A model generated the notes under the pieces. The model did not search any database. It was given only the letters and a program-made list of their open reading frames with translations, and had not been told where the DNA came from. A stretch of 64,000 nucleotides of DNA from Leptolyngbyaceae cyanobacterium (GTDB lineage: Bacteria > Cyanobacteriota > Cyanobacteriia > Phormidesmidales > Phormidesmidaceae): the NCBI GenBank assembly GCA_965263355.1, contig CBDHHL010000032.1, positions 2,624,001 through 2,688,000 of the forward strand, read 5' to 3'. Made by a program: the position numbers and the translations under genes. Positions 1 to 10,170 of the stretch are shown here, in pieces; within the stretch, counting starts at the first letter, position 1, and every line of letters starts with the position of its first letter.

Positions 1-127
1 AAATCGCCATAAAACAATAGTGCTCCCGGTGTTTCATCATCTCATCGTCTTCATATTAACTAGTAGTACTGTAGCCAGGTAGAGTGGGCCATACCCACCC
101 CGCTGGCCTGTGAAAGTTTATGACCGA

Positions 128-946
128 TTAGGTAGAGCGTCCCATAATTACCCAGTAACGATCATGCCAGGTTTTGGTTCCCTGCAGTTTTTGAAACAAC
201 CGACTCCATTCATGGAAGACAATTTTTACAGGATTATGGGAGCGAACTGGATGGGTTAATCCGTAAATGGGAGGGCGATCGGGATGTTCCGCTGTAAATG
301 TGCCAAATAAGCGATCGCAAATAATTAACACCCCCCCATAGTTGCGATTAATGTACTCCGGATTAGCCCCATGATGAACTCGATGGTGAGACGGCGTGTT
401 GAATATCCACTCTAACCACCCCAGTTTTGGAATGAGTTCAGTGTGAATCCAAAATTGATACAGCAAGTTGACGCCTAAACTTGTTGCGATCGCAACAGGA
501 TGAAACCCCAACCAACAAAGTGGCGCAAAGAACAGAAAATCTCCCGACAACCATCCAGTCCAGCCCAATCGGTATGTGGCAGAGAGGTTGAAATGGGTGG
601 CGGAGTGATGCACCGCATGGTTAGCCCATAGCCAGGGAACTTGGTGGGCGAGCCGATGATACCAGTAGTAGCAAAATTCAATTCCTAAAAATAGTAAAAG
701 GACAGTCCATCCATGCTTTAAAGGAATCGTCCATAGACGGTGTTCCCAGATAAATGAGTAAACCCCGATGGGAATTACCCCAAAAATGGATCGAGTGATT
801 CCATGGCCGACCGCAATACCTAAAGAGGCTAAGCTTTCTCTCCAAGAGGACGTAAACTTCCGATTACGCCGAATTAGCATGGCTTCAATCAAAACAATAA
901 TCAGCAGGATTGGAAATATAGGCAGGATAAAGTGGTAAGGCAGCAT
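128..946 (-). CDS. Sterol desaturase / fatty-acid hydroxylase family membrane protein (alkylglycerol monooxygenase-like)
   Basis: His boxes YWYHRLAH, NHAVHHS, FWIHTE, PSHHRVHH and NYGG motif. Start placed at ATG 946; the ORF track begins at 997. Confidence 0.85.
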   Translation of the reverse strand: MLPYHFILPIFPILLIIVLIEAMLIRRNRKFTSSWRESLASLGIAVGHGITRSIFGVIPIGVYSFIWEHRLWTIPLKHGWTVLLLFLGIEFCYYWYHRLAHQVPWLWANHAVHHSATHFNLSATYRLGWTGWLSGDFLFFAPLCWLGFHPVAIATSLGVNLLYQFWIHTELIPKLGWLEWIFNTPSHHRVHHGANPEYINRNYGGVLIICDRLFGTFTAEHPDRPPIYGLTHPVRSHNPVKIVFHEWSRLFQKLQGTKTWHDRYWVIMGRST

Positions 947-1047
947 AGCAAATGAACTCAAAATAGTAGGACAAAAATAGGGATGAGAGTCCCCCATCCC
1001 ATCCCAGAAATACTTAAAACTAACTACAATCCATTGATTGCTGGTGA

Positions 1048-1398
1048 TTAGCGATAAATTGTACGAGTGGTGGTTTGAGATTGGCCATCAGGCCCTGTAC
1101 GCACTGTGGTTTGCTGACCATCGCCCCCTGAGCGAGTGGTGGTTTGAGATTGGCCATTAGGCCCTGTACGCACTGTAGTTTGCTGACCATCGCCCCCTGA
1201 GCGAGTGGTGGTTTGAGATTGGCCATCAGGCCCTGTACGTACTGTAGTTTGCTGACCATTTCCCCCTGAGCGAGTGGTGGTTTGAGAGTGACCGTTAGGC
1301 CCTGTACGAACCGTGGTTTGTTGGGCAAAGGCAGCTCCGCTTAGACCTAAAAGTGCTAATCCGAGGGCAAAAGAGAAGCTGAGAATTGATTTCTGCAT
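1048..1398 (-). CDS. Small secreted protein made of four 23-aa Thr/Gln/Gly repeats
   Basis: ATG 1398 preceded by AAGGAG SD; Sec signal MQKSILSFSFALGLALLGLSGAAFA; repeats QQTTVRTGP(N/D)G(H/Q)SQTTTRSGG(N/D)G. Confidence 0.8.
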   Translation of the reverse strand: MQKSILSFSFALGLALLGLSGAAFAQQTTVRTGPNGHSQTTTRSGGNGQQTTVRTGPDGQSQTTTRSGGDGQQTTVRTGPNGQSQTTTRSGGDGQQTTVRTGPDGQSQTTTRTIYR

Positions 1399-1518
1399 GA
1401 TGTACTCCTTTTTAGATAAGTTGAACCAATTAATCCAGAATATTCTTAGCAACCTTGTTGTCAGGGCAATGTTTTCTGGATGTCTACACAATAAGAGCTG
1501 CAGCAATGTTCCTAATAG

Positions 1519-1553
1519 AGGACAACGTCCTAACATGAAGGGACTAAAGTCCT
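1519..1553. promoter_or_regulatory. Tandem GGAC..GTCC palindromes, candidate NarL-family response-regulator sites
   Basis: AGGAC-AAC-GTCCT (1519-1531) and GGACT-AA-AGTCC (1541-1552), centres ~21 bp apart, in the divergent intergenic region. Confidence 0.5.
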
Positions 1554-1602
1554 GGGATTTTTAGTACTAGTAGACTGTTAATAGGAAACGTCAGCCATTG
1601 CC

Positions 1603-2808
1603 ATGAGTCTACGTCCCAAGTCTCAATCATTACTACTACGCCTACTCGTGATTCTGGAGTGGGCACTGCTGGGTATCGTTGCGATCGCTCAAATTTTACT
1701 GGCACTGCTTCAGGCAACGCCGATACTATTGCTTATGAATGGTTTAGGCCTGGGCATTTTTGCAATGTTAGGACGGGTCAAGCCTCACAGTAAGCGTTCT
1801 ATAACGATTTATACCCTCATAGAATTTGGGCTTATTTTCTGTCTGGTGTTTTTAGGTAATATTGCCTTACCCAACATGCTATTTATTATCCTGGTAATTC
1901 GTAACTGTCTGTTGTGGGGAGGAACCCAGCGAATCACTGTTACAGGAATAGCTTTCCTAGGGTGTTTTGTTGCTCTAACTTACAACATATTCCATCAGAA
2001 ATTACCCGTATCTATTCTCCCAGAGCAAATTGTGACCGTTTGGGTTGGTGCTGTTTTGACCGTTGGGCTGGTGATTTTATTTCTCCATTTATTAGTCGAT
2101 GCGGCCCTCAAAGAACGTCAGGGACAGGAAAAACTGGCCGTAGCCAATGCTCGGCTACGGCAGTATGCACTACGGGTTGAAGCGTTAGCAACTGCTCAAG
2201 AACGCAATCGCATTGCCCGTGACATTCATGATTCGTTAGGCCACTCTCTAACTGTGTTTGGCATTCATCTGGAAGGAGCGCTGCGCTTATTACAATCTAA
2301 TCCGACAAAAGCAGAAGAACTTTTGTTAGAGATCAAACAGTTAAATACAAGCACTCTAAAGGAGGTACGTGAGTCAATCTCAGCGTTGCGTGCCGATCCT
2401 CTGCAAGAGAGAACGTTGACCGACGCGATCTTCGATTTGATGACAGAGTTTCAGAAATCGACGGGCGTTGTACCAACAGTTAACAACCAGCTAACGACTT
2501 TGCTTTCCCACGATCTGAATGTGGTGATTTACCGAATTGTGCAAGAAAGCTTAACGAATATTCGTAAGTATGCAGCAGCGACGGAGGTAAATATCGCCAT
2601 CGTCCCATCTACTAAGGGTTTGGACCTTACGATCATGGATAATGGAAAAGGGTTTGATCTGACTCAAAATACCACTGGCTTTGGACTTCAGGGCATGCAA
2701 GAACGGGCTTTGGCACTGCTGGGTCAACTAGACATCGTCACAGCCCCCAATCAAGGATGCTGTATAAGGGCTACGTTCCCTCTCTCGGAACGAGTGGACT
2801 ATGGTTAG
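1603..2808 (+). CDS. Membrane sensor histidine kinase, HisKA_3 (LiaS/DesK-like)
   Basis: Several N-terminal TM helices; ERNRIARDIHDSLGH; QESLTNIRKYA; DNGKGF; GFGLQGMQERA. Confidence 0.92.
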   Translation: MSLRPKSQSLLLRLLVILEWALLGIVAIAQILLALLQATPILLLMNGLGLGIFAMLGRVKPHSKRSITIYTLIEFGLIFCLVFLGNIALPNMLFIILVIRNCLLWGGTQRITVTGIAFLGCFVALTYNIFHQKLPVSILPEQIVTVWVGAVLTVGLVILFLHLLVDAALKERQGQEKLAVANARLRQYALRVEALATAQERNRIARDIHDSLGHSLTVFGIHLEGALRLLQSNPTKAEELLLEIKQLNTSTLKEVRESISALRADPLQERTLTDAIFDLMTEFQKSTGVVPTVNNQLTTLLSHDLNVVIYRIVQESLTNIRKYAAATEVNIAIVPSTKGLDLTIMDNGKGFDLTQNTTGFGLQGMQERALALLGQLDIVTAPNQGCCIRATFPLSERVDYG

Positions 2809-2903
2809 CGTTGCAGCTCCCCACCCCAGTATGATTGCATCTGAAAGATAATGGTATATAGCGTATGGTGCAGATTGTTCAGCCTCTAAATCAGTAATGG
2901 CTT

Positions 2904-3548
2904 ATGATTCGCTTACTACTTGTCGATGATCAAGATTTAATCCGCCGGGGCTTAACTGCGTTACTGACCACTGATCCAAACCTGGACGTGGTAGGCGAAG
3001 CAGGGAATGGAGAGGAAGCTGTCACCCTTGTCGCGCAATTAAATCCTGATGTTGTTCTGATGGATGTGCGTATGCCAATCATTGATGGAGTTGCAGGCAC
3101 CCGTCAAATCTGTCAACAGTTTCCTGAGACTAAAGTCTTGATGCTCACCACATTTGATGACCAGGAGTATGTCATGCAGGCACTACAATCCGGGGCCTCG
3201 GGGTATTTACTTAAGGATACTCCCTTTGACGAGTTGACCCAGGCAATAGACCTGGTGCACAAGGGGTATACCCAGATCGGTCCTGGACTGGCGACTAAAG
3301 TGCTAGCCCATTCAACTGTCGTAGCCCAGTCAGTAGATATTGAGCCTTGGTTAGCCCTATCTGAACGGGAAAAGGATATTGTTCGGTTGGTAACTCAGGG
3401 CTATAACAACCGGGAAATTGCCCAATCTCTCCACATTGCAGAAAAGACGGTAAAAAACTACATTACCAATATTTTAAATCAATTAAACTTACGCGATCGC
3501 ACTCAACTTGCGATCGCGTCACTAAAGGCAGGATTTCCAAATCTATAA
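2904..3548 (+). CDS. NarL/LuxR-family response regulator
   Basis: LLVDD, DVVLMDVRMP, GYLLK; C-terminal LSERE..GYNNREIA..EKTVKNY HTH. Confidence 0.95.
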   Translation: MIRLLLVDDQDLIRRGLTALLTTDPNLDVVGEAGNGEEAVTLVAQLNPDVVLMDVRMPIIDGVAGTRQICQQFPETKVLMLTTFDDQEYVMQALQSGASGYLLKDTPFDELTQAIDLVHKGYTQIGPGLATKVLAHSTVVAQSVDIEPWLALSEREKDIVRLVTQGYNNREIAQSLHIAEKTVKNYITNILNQLNLRDRTQLAIASLKAGFPNL

Positions 3549-3820
3549 TTTCAATCAGTCTTAAATCATTTCATAGGAGCAGAAACGGGAAAAAATGCTA
3601 AATAATAGTATTGAATCGCGTTAATTTTTAGAAAATCCAAACATTATGAGAGAAATGAGATTCTGGACCAAGCAAAAAAATACTGTTCTGGCTTACGGCA
3701 TAGGAGCTACAGAAAAATTTGGTACATACTGTAAAGCAATAGCTTGCCATTTTTATGACCTGTCTTTTTAACAGACATCAGCTTAGTCATCAGATCGGTT
3801 AACTTCAGACATGTTTAGCA

Positions 3821-4990
3821 ATGAGAACCCTTTCACATTTAGACATTGAAGAGCAGATTACCGAGACGCTAAGCTACGACTTGACCACTGGCTGGTCAAA
3901 GTCATTTCCAGACTTGGATTCTGAAAATACTCTTATTGTGGTGTTTGCTGCCCATGAATACTGTGATTCACCACAGCCATTAGAAGAACTCTGCAATGCT
4001 TTTCCACAATCGAAGATTATCGGTTGCAGTACGCCAGTTGTGGTCTGCGACGGAGCATTGCTTGAAGGCGCTATTTCCGTAGGCATTATCCGTTTCAAAC
4101 ATACTCAAATTCGACTTTCCTATGCATCAGTCCAAGCATTCGAAGAGTCTCGAACGGCGGGCCAAAACCTTGGTAAACATCTGGCTGATGCTGGTCTTAA
4201 AGGCGTTCTCATTTTTTCAGATGGCGTAACCACAGAAGCAACTGATTTGGTTCGAGGCTTACAGGAAATCTTACCACCGAATGTTACCATTGCTGGCGGT
4301 CTGGCAAGCGGTCACACCCTTGACGATACATGGATACTTTGTGACGGTGAACTAAAACGATTCCACGCATGTGCAGTTGGTTTGATTGGTAATACGGTGG
4401 AACTGACACGGGCAACCGGAGGTGGATGGCGCTTGATTGGGGCAGAATGTAAGGCGACACGAACTTCCGGTAGAACATTATTTGAACTCGATGGTGAACC
4501 CGCTAAAGACGTTTACCAGCGGCAGGTTGGCAGCGACGTAGGATTCGGTTTGCGTAAGTCGGCCACTCGCTACCCCCTGACGGTTCGGTTGCCAAGTCTC
4601 GAAATGCAAATCGTTCGCGATGTCAACAGTATAGATGAAGAATCTGGCGCGATTGAATTGGCTGGCGATATTCCAGAAGGTGTGATAGTTCAAGTTATGA
4701 CCACCACGGAAGACGAAATTCTCGATGGTGTCGACGAAGCGATTGAGCGAATGCGTAGCAAAACGATCTTGCCACAGAACAATGCGCTAGCAGTTTGTGT
4801 CAGCTGCGCTGGTCGACGTACTGTCTTGCTTGAGAAGACGAGTGAAGAAGCGGCTCTTGCTCACGATGGCTTGGGGCATGGGATTCATCAAATCGGGATG
4901 TATGCTTTTGGAGAAATCTCAACCACATCATCGGGTCCACCACATGTTCATAATGAGACCATTACTATAGGTCTAATACGCGAGTATTAG
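3821..4990 (+). CDS. FIST-N/FIST-C domain sensor (NosP-like)
   Basis: IIGCST, IFSDG, GGLASG, LFELDGEPA, VSCAGRR, GMYAFGEI, HNET motifs. Confidence 0.88.
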   Translation: MRTLSHLDIEEQITETLSYDLTTGWSKSFPDLDSENTLIVVFAAHEYCDSPQPLEELCNAFPQSKIIGCSTPVVVCDGALLEGAISVGIIRFKHTQIRLSYASVQAFEESRTAGQNLGKHLADAGLKGVLIFSDGVTTEATDLVRGLQEILPPNVTIAGGLASGHTLDDTWILCDGELKRFHACAVGLIGNTVELTRATGGGWRLIGAECKATRTSGRTLFELDGEPAKDVYQRQVGSDVGFGLRKSATRYPLTVRLPSLEMQIVRDVNSIDEESGAIELAGDIPEGVIVQVMTTTEDEILDGVDEAIERMRSKTILPQNNALAVCVSCAGRRTVLLEKTSEEAALAHDGLGHGIHQIGMYAFGEISTTSSGPPHVHNETITIGLIREY

Positions 4991-4999
4991 GGATCGACT

Positions 5000-6688
5000 A
5001 TGTCTATCAAACCCTTGCCTAACAAAAGTTCTAATGAACTAAACCGTATGCTTAAGCGGCTCATGCGTCGGCAAGGCGTAGCGGTTGATGACGTTCCTAG
5101 TCTTGAAGGCTGGAACAATTTCGTATTAGCTATAGATCAAACAATTAAAGAATTTAGTGCCAATCGCGAACTCCTAGAACAGTCGGTGAAGTCGACGTCG
5201 TTAAAACTCAAGCGAGCGTACGAAGATTTAAAGATTGAATCCAACTTACGTCTTGCCCAAGCAAACTTACACCAGCGGGAACTAGAGAACTTGGTGCAGG
5301 AAAGAACCACTGAACTTCGAAAGGCCCAGCTTCGCCTAGAAAAAATAAATGAACAACTTGAGTACGACGCCACCCACGACGACTTAACGGGTTTGGCCAA
5401 TCGAAACCAATTAATGAGGGAATTAAACAGGTGTGTGGTTAAACTAGGCACCGATGCAGACTTCAGACTATGTTTTTTCTTTATCGACTTCGACCGTTTC
5501 AAACAAATTAATGATAGGTTCGGCCACCTGATTGGCGACAACGTGTTGATTCATGTGACTAATCGTTTGTCAGCCCTCATTAGCGATACAATCTGCTTTG
5601 CTCGTTTGGGTGGAGATGAATTCGTTATGCTTATGGGCCAGCTTAACGAGTCCGAAGCCCTTAAACTCGCACAGAAAATTAACGATGTGTTCGCTCAACC
5701 CATCCAAATTCGCGACATCGAGATTCCTATTGCTGCTAGTGTTGGCATTGTCCTAGCTGATATGTCATACCAATCCGCTGATGAAGTGATTCGTGATGCC
5801 GATATTGCGATGTATCGCGCCAAGGCAACGGGCAATTGCTATCAACTCTTTGACGAGGAAATGCGTGCAGAGCATCTGAAAGAAATTGAGTTAGAGGGTG
5901 AATTAGAGATCGCCGTTCGCGAGAAACAGTTTCACATCAGCTTTGAACCAATTGTTGACATCAACGAGTCCGTCATCTTCTCGATCGAGTCTTTGGTGCG
6001 ATGGATTCACCCCAAAAAAGGGCTCATCTCGCCAGGCAAATTTATTCCCCTTGCAGAAGAATTGGGACTGATCATAGAAATTGACCGGATCGTATTCGAT
6101 AAAACCTGCAAACAGTTTCGCCAGTGGCGAGAGAGTGGCATCGTCAGTCCTCATCAGAAGCTCAATGTAAACCTTTCTTGCGGTCAACTACAACGATCGG
6201 ATATCGTGCCCTTTCTACTGAGCATGATTGATATGTCAGATATCAGTCCCCACGACGTTGTGCTCGAAATTACTGAAAGCTATTTGCTTGCAGACTCTGG
6301 ACTAGTCATGAAGAATCTGAACGAAATGAACAAGCTTGGATTCAACATTTTTGTCGATGATTTCGGGACGGGATACTCATCGCTGAGTTATCTAGCCAAG
6401 TATCCAATCCATGGCATTAAAATTGATCGTAGTTTCGTGAGAGATTTGGAAGAGCGTGAGGAAAGTAAAGAGTTAATTCGCTCGATCATAGCTATGGCCG
6501 AAGCTTTGAATCTAAAAGTTGTCACCGAAGGAGTAGAAACGATAGAGCAATTGCATGTCATTATGGAGCTTGGTTGCCGCTATATTCAAGGCTTTTTATT
6601 TACTCGTCCGATGAATGCAATGCAGGCAGAAACGTTCTTAGTGAATAAGTCGTATCGCAAGTTGATAGATTGCGATCGTATTCTTTGA
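5000..6688 (+). CDS. Diguanylate cyclase/phosphodiesterase (coiled coil-GGDEF-EAL)
   Basis: HDDLTGLANR, RLGGDEF, ESLVRW, DDFGTGYSSLSYL, EGVET; starts 9 bp after the FIST gene. Confidence 0.93.
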   Translation: MSIKPLPNKSSNELNRMLKRLMRRQGVAVDDVPSLEGWNNFVLAIDQTIKEFSANRELLEQSVKSTSLKLKRAYEDLKIESNLRLAQANLHQRELENLVQERTTELRKAQLRLEKINEQLEYDATHDDLTGLANRNQLMRELNRCVVKLGTDADFRLCFFFIDFDRFKQINDRFGHLIGDNVLIHVTNRLSALISDTICFARLGGDEFVMLMGQLNESEALKLAQKINDVFAQPIQIRDIEIPIAASVGIVLADMSYQSADEVIRDADIAMYRAKATGNCYQLFDEEMRAEHLKEIELEGELEIAVREKQFHISFEPIVDINESVIFSIESLVRWIHPKKGLISPGKFIPLAEELGLIIEIDRIVFDKTCKQFRQWRESGIVSPHQKLNVNLSCGQLQRSDIVPFLLSMIDMSDISPHDVVLEITESYLLADSGLVMKNLNEMNKLGFNIFVDDFGTGYSSLSYLAKYPIHGIKIDRSFVRDLEEREESKELIRSIIAMAEALNLKVVTEGVETIEQLHVIMELGCRYIQGFLFTRPMNAMQAETFLVNKSYRKLIDCDRIL

Positions 6689-7086
6689 CTGGGAAACAAA
6701 TTCAGCTAGCCTAGAGCTGAAGTCATTGTCAATCTCAACGATAACAATCAATATATGCTTCACTGTCATATCCTTGATCATGAAGATACTGGAATGATGA
6801 GCCAATTTGAAATCGTTGATAGTAATAGTGCGTGAACAACAATGAACCTGTTTCGGCTGTAATTTGTTGTCAGCTTTTGGAATCAAGATGGAAGCTAGAA
6901 ATCGAAACTATTGCTGCAGCATAGCAAGTTATCAACACTAGAAATATACTTAAAATATGACAAGGAAGTAGCTTGTTGTACCCTGTGTCTCAGTATTCAA
7001 TTAGCCAACCACTTGATAAGTAGAGTTCAGGATAGTTCTATAGTTGCTGATAATCGTTTTCTAATCCTTTCTTCAACCCCTCAGCC

Positions 7087-8754
7087 ATGCTCCTGCTTTT
7101 ATACTCTTTAGTGGCATTGCTGCCACTAATAACCGTTTTCTTTCTGTTGGCTATAGTTCGACGTCCTGCCGGACAGGTGATGCCAGTAGCTTATTTAGTA
7201 ACAGTCGGAATCGCTCTGCTTGTATGGCGTGTGCCCTGGCTGCAGATAGTTGCCGCTAGTGTTCAAGGTCTGGTAGCAGCAGTTGAAATTCTCTATATTG
7301 TCTTTGGGGCAATTTTATTACTGAATACACTTCAGGAATCGGGCGCGATCGCAACCATCCGTCAAAGTCTCCTGGGCATCTCCCATGACCGACGCGTGCA
7401 GGTGACCATTATTGCTTGGCTCTTTGGTAGCTTCATCGAAGGCGCTTCTGGCTTTGGTACCCCAGCTGTGATTACCGTACCATTAATGGTTGCCATTGGT
7501 TTCCCAGCCATGGCCGCTGTCGTTGCCGCGCTAATTATTCAAAGTACTCCGTCTACCTTTGGAGCCGTAGGTACCCCAATTATGATTGGTGTTGACGCAG
7601 GATTAGATGGTGTTCCAACTGTAGATCAACATCTGATAGCCTTGGGCCTAAGTCAACCCGAATATCTGTTTGCCGTTGGTCACTGGGCCAGTATTGTGCA
7701 TGGTATTATCGGCACTTTTCTTCCGTTGGTACTGATAATGACAATAACTGCAGGGTTTGGTGAGCGCAAGTCCTTTCGAGAAGGTCTCGAAGCCTGGAAA
7801 TTTGCTCTGTTTGCTGGTTTAGCCTTTACAGTTCCCTACACCCTGACAGCTTTGTTCTTTGGTCCGGAATTTCCCACCCTCTTCGGTGGCTTAATAGGGT
7901 TAGGCATCGTTATCCCAGCGGCGCGCCGAGGCTTTTTGGTACCGCGTCAGACCTGGGATTTTCCACCCCAGCCGTCTAGTTCACCCACCCTCAACCATAG
8001 GAGTGAGCCTAGCCATCTATCTGCCACTAAAGCATGGTTGCCCTATGTCATATTAGGAACATTGCTGATGGCATCACGATTAAAATTTCTTCCCATTCGT
8101 GGGTTGTTGCAATCAGTAAGTCTCACCTGGAGCAATATCTTAGGTACAGAAATTACGGTCTCTAGCCAGCCTCTTTATCTGCCACCTACTGTGTTTATTG
8201 TGGTAGTTGCTATCACTTTTTTTCTCCATCATATGAAACCTGCGGCGATGGGACGAGCCGTTATTCAAGCCCTGCCAATGTTACAAAAAACATCTTTAGC
8301 CTTGGGCTCAGCCGTACTCATGGCACGGGTTTTCATTAACTCAGGGGTGAATACATCGGGTTTGGCTAGTATGCCCCTTACTCTGGCTGATGGCATAGCT
8401 GCATTAGCTGGCCAAACCTGGCCTCTATTTGCACCAATAGTGGGTACCATCGGTTCCTTTGTTGCAGGCAGTGTCACCGTCAGCAACATGATGTTTTCCT
8501 TATTTCAGTTTGGAGTTGCCATACAAATTGGCGTACCTACTGCCATGGTTTTAGGGCTACAGTGTGTAGGCGCATCTGCGGGCAATATTATCTGTGTCTC
8601 GAACATTGTAGCAGCCGAGGCTACAGTAGGTTTAGTAGGTCTTGAAGGCGTGCTGATTCGTAAAGTGCTGTTTCCCACGCTCTATTACGTTATCTTGGCA
8701 GGATTATTGGGTGTTCTGCTGCAGATTTCTATTTCTACAGCGTTTCTATCCTAA
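7087..8754 (+). CDS. lctP: L-lactate permease
   Basis: [29 protein letters not shown]; highly hydrophobic 555 aa. Confidence 0.9.
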   Translation: MLLLLYSLVALLPLITVFFLLAIVRRPAGQVMPVAYLVTVGIALLVWRVPWLQIVAASVQGLVAAVEILYIVFGAILLLNTLQESGAIATIRQSLLGISHDRRVQVTIIAWLFGSFIEGASGFGTPAVITVPLMVAIGFPAMAAVVAALIIQSTPSTFGAVGTPIMIGVDAGLDGVPTVDQHLIALGLSQPEYLFAVGHWASIVHGIIGTFLPLVLIMTITAGFGERKSFREGLEAWKFALFAGLAFTVPYTLTALFFGPEFPTLFGGLIGLGIVIPAARRGFLVPRQTWDFPPQPSSSPTLNHRSEPSHLSATKAWLPYVILGTLLMASRLKFLPIRGLLQSVSLTWSNILGTEITVSSQPLYLPPTVFIVVVAITFFLHHMKPAAMGRAVIQALPMLQKTSLALGSAVLMARVFINSGVNTSGLASMPLTLADGIAALAGQTWPLFAPIVGTIGSFVAGSVTVSNMMFSLFQFGVAIQIGVPTAMVLGLQCVGASAGNIICVSNIVAAEATVGLVGLEGVLIRKVLFPTLYYVILAGLLGVLLQISISTAFLS

Positions 8755-9004
8755 CTCTAAACTCCAGCATGAGCCTAATGCGATCGCACACGACACAATA
8801 CTTACACTGCAATAGGCTCGCTGTGTATGATGGGTTGCATTAATAAATCAATACATAGATCAAATATGGTCAACTGTCAGCACGTCAACCACTATTTTTG
8901 GGGTTGTCATTGGGTGGATTGTTTTTGGACTTTCTAGAGAAGATGGCTCAATTGATGTCAATCTACTAATTTTCATCCTACCCAGTGCGCTACTAATTCT
9001 GTTA

Positions 9005-9400
9005 ATGGCAATGCTGTGCTATGTAAATCTTTCCTTCAGGCAAATACACGTCATCTCAACATACATGTGTTTAACAGAACAATCGATTTGGGAAGAACAA
9101 TATCAAAAATTTAGAAATAGCTATAAACGCTTAGATCAGGAGAGTGTTATCTTTATAATACTTTTGATTCTATCTATACTCACATTTATAGTCCCCTTTG
9201 TTCTACTCCTGATATTCAAGGCCCAGTCAGGCACTACTCTTGGCTCAGCTATAACCATCCTGGTTATCCTGGAAATTATATATATTATCGAATGGATATT
9301 TTTTTGGAGTCGACGAGACCCTAAAGACTTTCGAAAAGAAGTAGCGGGAAAGTGGTGTGCTATTTTGGGGATACAAGAAGTGCCTGAATCCTTCAAGTAA
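9005..9400 (+). CDS. Hypothetical membrane protein, possibly 5'-truncated
   Basis: AT-rich, two TM segments; the frame stays open upstream to 8831 with further hydrophobic segments. Confidence 0.45.
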   Translation: MAMLCYVNLSFRQIHVISTYMCLTEQSIWEEQYQKFRNSYKRLDQESVIFIILLILSILTFIVPFVLLLIFKAQSGTTLGSAITILVILEIIYIIEWIFFWSRRDPKDFRKEVAGKWCAILGIQEVPESFK

Positions 9401-9501
9401 GTCATTAATAACTCGTTAATACCCCATGAGTTGAGTTTCACCTTCGTCACACGGGGCAAGATACCAATCCACAGGTTCTTTCATCTCCAATCTACCCATA
9501 G

Positions 9502-10119
9502 TCATTTACCTAGGTCAAATACCTGATTGGCTGTTAGGGGAAACTCTGGAAATGTGGGGGAACCAATCAGATCATCTCCACGAAACTGTTGTAACTCATA
9601 CTCTCCATCTACCAACGTGCAAACCGTAAACGTTGGCTGCTTAGGAGACCCAATATAACGCCGACCACCAATTCCTAAATAATCGATAATCCAATACTCT
9701 TGGATCCCTAACGCTTCATAGTCTCCCAGTTTAACCAGGTAATCATCACGCCAATTAGTTGAAACAACTTCTACTACAAGTTTTATCGACTGACCTAAGG
9801 TGATAATCGATTCTCTTTCCCATCGGGGCTCATAGACAATTTCGTTCTCATCTAAAACAATAATGTCTGGTTCATACCCCGTGTTATTCGAAATTTTAAT
9901 AATACATTCTCTCGGGATAAAATAGGGTTGTTTTGCCTGTCGAAAGACCACACCTAGCTCATAGGCCAAATCACCGGCTAGCCTGGAATGCTTTCCCCGT
10001 GGTTTAGGCATTTCGATCACCACCCCTCGTCTCAATTCATAGCGATTTTCTGAATTCTCTGGGTACCAATCCACGAATTCGTCGAATGACATAGATTCTC
10101 TATCAATAACTGCAATCAT
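9502..10119 (-). CDS. Uma2 (DUF820) family endonuclease
   Basis: YELRRG..EMP, PDIIV, LVVEVVST, GIQEYWIID. Confidence 0.9.
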   Translation of the reverse strand: MIAVIDRESMSFDEFVDWYPENSENRYELRRGVVIEMPKPRGKHSRLAGDLAYELGVVFRQAKQPYFIPRECIIKISNNTGYEPDIIVLDENEIVYEPRWERESIITLGQSIKLVVEVVSTNWRDDYLVKLGDYEALGIQEYWIIDYLGIGGRRYIGSPKQPTFTVCTLVDGEYELQQFRGDDLIGSPTFPEFPLTANQVFDLGK

Positions 10120-10170
10120 CGCGATCTCATCTCCGCTACTCTGTTACAGCATGCCCAAAGTCTATCAACA

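Noticed and set aside
1..40. Possible minus-strand gene start running off the left edge
   Set aside because: Only 13 codons visible; cannot be supported
1060..1325. CRISPR array from 69-bp periodicity
   Set aside because: No unique spacers; it is an in-frame coding repeat. The same applies to the repeats at 18.2-18.5 kb, 21.9 kb and 27.2-27.4 kb.
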